This document shows positions 50,776 through 52,882 of a stretch of 52,882 nt of DNA, in pieces; position 1 is the first letter of the stretch, and every line of letters starts with the position of its first letter. The notes below the pieces were generated by a model. That model was given only the letters and a program-made list of their open reading frames with translations. It searched no databases and was not told the origin of the DNA. A program made the position numbers and the translations under genes. The stretch comes from Bacillota bacterium (GTDB lineage Bacteria > Bacillota > Sulfobacillia > Fermentithermobacillales > Fermentithermobacillaceae). The DNA lies in the NCBI GenBank assembly GCA_040880305.1, contig JBBDIP010000006.1, positions 1-52,882 on the forward strand, in the 5' to 3' direction.

Positions 50776-50884
50776 ACAGTGGCTTAACAGGAGGAAGGCG
50801 GATGTCTCTCGCAACAGCTCCGCTGTTGCTTGCGACGCGGCAAAAGCGCCGCTATCGCTCTGCTTCTGCCTAGGAGGTTACACC

Positions 50885-52171
50885 ATGAACGTGCTGGTCA
50901 TCGGCTCAGGTGGGAGGGAACACGCCCTGGCGTGGGCCATCGGGCGCTGCGAGAGCGTCCGGTCCTTGTACGTCGCTCCGGGAAATCCCGGCACCCGAGC
51001 GATCGGCGAGAACGTCGCGCTTGATGCCGGCGATCACGCATCCGTTGCCCGCTTCTGCAAGGAAAAGGAGATCGACCTCGCGGTCGTGGGTCCCGATAAC
51101 CCCCTGGCTGAGGGGATTGCCGACTCGCTCCGTTCGGAAGGGATCGCGGTGTTCGGTCCAGGCAAATCCGGCGCCATGCTGGAGTCCAGCAAGACGTACG
51201 GCATGCGGTTCATGGAGAGGTACGGCGTGTCGCACGCGGCCTTCCGCTCGTTTGAATCGCCCGGCGACGCCGCATCCCACGTTTCCGGCAGCAGCGGTCC
51301 CTGGGTTCTGAAGGCGGACGGCCTTGCGCTGGGCAAAGGCGTGGTCATCACCTCTGACAGGAGCGAAGCGCTGGACGTCCTTTCGGGCTTCTTCAGCGGC
51401 AAGACCCACGGAGAAGCCGGGCGCAGGGTGGTCATCCAGGAATACCTCACGGGGCGCGAGCTCACCGCGATGGCTCTCACCGACGGGAAGATGCTGTTCC
51501 CGCTTCCTTTCGCCAGAGATCACAAGCGCGTCTTTGACGGCGACCGGGGCCCCATGACCGGGGGGATGGGCGCGTTCTCGCCGGTGCCGCTTCAAGAAAA
51601 CGATGCGGAACGGACGATCGTCCAAGACATCCTGCAGCGCACGCTCGACGGTCTGAAGCAGGAGGGCATCGACTACCGCGGGGTAATCTACGCCGGGTTC
51701 ATGCTCACGAAAGATGGTCCAAAGGTCCTTGAGTACAACGCGAGATTTGGGGATCCCGAGACGCAGTGCGTTCTTCCCCGGCTTAGAGGCGATTTCGCGG
51801 GCGTTCTCCTAGCTTGCGCCGAAGGACGGCTGGCGTCCTTCATGGAGCGCACGCCGATCCTCGTTAGAGATGATGCGTGCGTAACAGTGGTTATGGCTTC
51901 GGGCGGGTATCCGCTTTCCTACCGCAAGGGCCTTCCGGTCTTGGGGCTTGACGCCGCGGCCCGCGGCGAGTGGGCCGGCGACCCGCCGGTTTTCCATGCG
52001 GGCACCAGGGAAGAGGACGGCCGGGCAGTCACGTCCGGCGGCAGGGTGTTAGCGGTCACGGCTCTGGGATCGTCTATCGCGGCGGCAGGCGAACGGGTCT
52101 ACGCCCGAGTTGGCGCGCTAGGTTTCGAGGGCGCCCACTTCAGGAAGGATATTGTTGAGGACGCACGGTAG
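50885..52171 (+). CDS. purD: Phosphoribosylamine-glycine ligase
   Basis: GSGGREHAL, KADGLA.GKGV, DHKR..DGD.GP.TGGMG, EYNARFGDPETQ. Confidence 0.97.
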   Translation: MNVLVIGSGGREHALAWAIGRCESVRSLYVAPGNPGTRAIGENVALDAGDHASVARFCKEKEIDLAVVGPDNPLAEGIADSLRSEGIAVFGPGKSGAMLESSKTYGMRFMERYGVSHAAFRSFESPGDAASHVSGSSGPWVLKADGLALGKGVVITSDRSEALDVLSGFFSGKTHGEAGRRVVIQEYLTGRELTAMALTDGKMLFPLPFARDHKRVFDGDRGPMTGGMGAFSPVPLQENDAERTIVQDILQRTLDGLKQEGIDYRGVIYAGFMLTKDGPKVLEYNARFGDPETQCVLPRLRGDFAGVLLACAEGRLASFMERTPILVRDDACVTVVMASGGYPLSYRKGLPVLGLDAAARGEWAGDPPVFHAGTREEDGRAVTSGGRVLAVTALGSSIAAAGERVYARVGALGFEGAHFRKDIVEDAR

Positions 52172-52196
52172 CCGTTCCCCAGAAGGAGAGAGGTCC

Positions 52197-52676
52197 TTGT
52201 CGACGAGGCTCCTGGCGAGGGTGGCCATCCTGGCCGCCGTCTATGCCCTCTTAACCGTGCTCCCGCCGTTCAACGCCATTGGTTACGGACCAGTGCAGGT
52301 GAGGGTGTCAGAGGCTCTGACCGTGCTGCCTTTCGTCATACCGTGGGCTCCGTGGAGCCTCTACCTGGGGTGCGTCCTCGCTAATTTGGGTAGCCCGTTT
52401 CTTGCATGGGACCTCAGTTTGGGGGCCCTGGGGACTCTTGTCGCCGCTGCGCTCACGCGTAGGATGCCGAAGCCTTATCTGGCGCCCCTGCCTCCGGTGA
52501 TCGTGAACGCGCTGGTGGTTTCGTCTTATGTAGCGCCGCTGTCGGGTATGCCTTACTGGCCGGTCGCGTTCTACATCGCGGCCGGTGAAACAGTGGCGTG
52601 CTACGCGCTGGGGTACCCGCTGCTGCTTTTCCTACTTAGAAACCGGCGGGCGAAAGAGATTCTGAGCGGGGAGTAA
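52197..52676 (+). CDS. queT: QueT-family ECF S-component
   Basis: IGYGPVQVRVSEALTVLP, GCVLANL, APLPPVIVNA. Confidence 0.85.
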   Translation: MSTRLLARVAILAAVYALLTVLPPFNAIGYGPVQVRVSEALTVLPFVIPWAPWSLYLGCVLANLGSPFLAWDLSLGALGTLVAAALTRRMPKPYLAPLPPVIVNALVVSSYVAPLSGMPYWPVAFYIAAGETVACYALGYPLLLFLLRNRRAKEILSGE

Positions 52677-52882
52677 CTACCTAACCACCGAGTCGACCTC
52701 GCCGGCAGCGCCTTCAAGGGTTATGGTCATGTGGTTGGGGACACAGACGATCGATTGGCCCGACCTCGAGACCCATCCTGTCTTCCAGCAGATCCCGTTG
52801 GGGCATATGTGTTCGTCGAGCGGCTCGACCCGAACCTTGCCCTGCCCGTAGGACACAGTGGCTACGCCGCCCGGCAGCTGGA
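52677..52882 (-). CDS. NusG domain II-containing protein (partial, 5' end outside window)
   Basis: Manual translation ...ICPNGICWKTGWVSRSGQSIVCVPNHMTITLEG...VDSVVR*. Confidence 0.8.
   Translation of the reverse strand, partial: QLPGGVATVSYGQGKVRVEPLDEHICPNGICWKTGWVSRSGQSIVCVPNHMTITLEGAAGEVDSVVR

Overview
This is GC-rich DNA from a probably anaerobic, spore-forming Bacillota-like bacterium (an inference from gene content, Bacillota-style RBSs and sigma-factor motifs). Roughly 0.1-22 kb and 31 kb form a decaying accessory zone. It holds a CoA-activase/dehydratase triad, a minimal SufC/SufB (SMS-type) Fe-S pair, a redox/sulfur/metalloid cluster with a shared 8-8-8 palindromic operator, an IS1182-family element, sporulation-type Cys-rich genes and about 11 pseudogenes. 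The middle carries nucleoside phosphorylase, guaB, an M20 amidohydrolase, a ChrB pair, a heterodimeric ABC exporter and a long-form Glc-1-P thymidylyltransferase. The main candidate for an undescribed system is 32.8-44.7 kb: two GlmL-like ASKHA ATPases (one with degenerate phosphate motifs), each coupled to an uncharacterised barrel-sandwich partner, plus two LolD/MacB ATPases, two FtsX permeases and an XRE-wHTH-TPR regulator, with no B12 mutase in the window. The window ends with pspC, hpt-purE-purF-purM-purN-purH-purD-queT and a partial NusG domain II gene. All family calls come from motif recognition; no searches were run.
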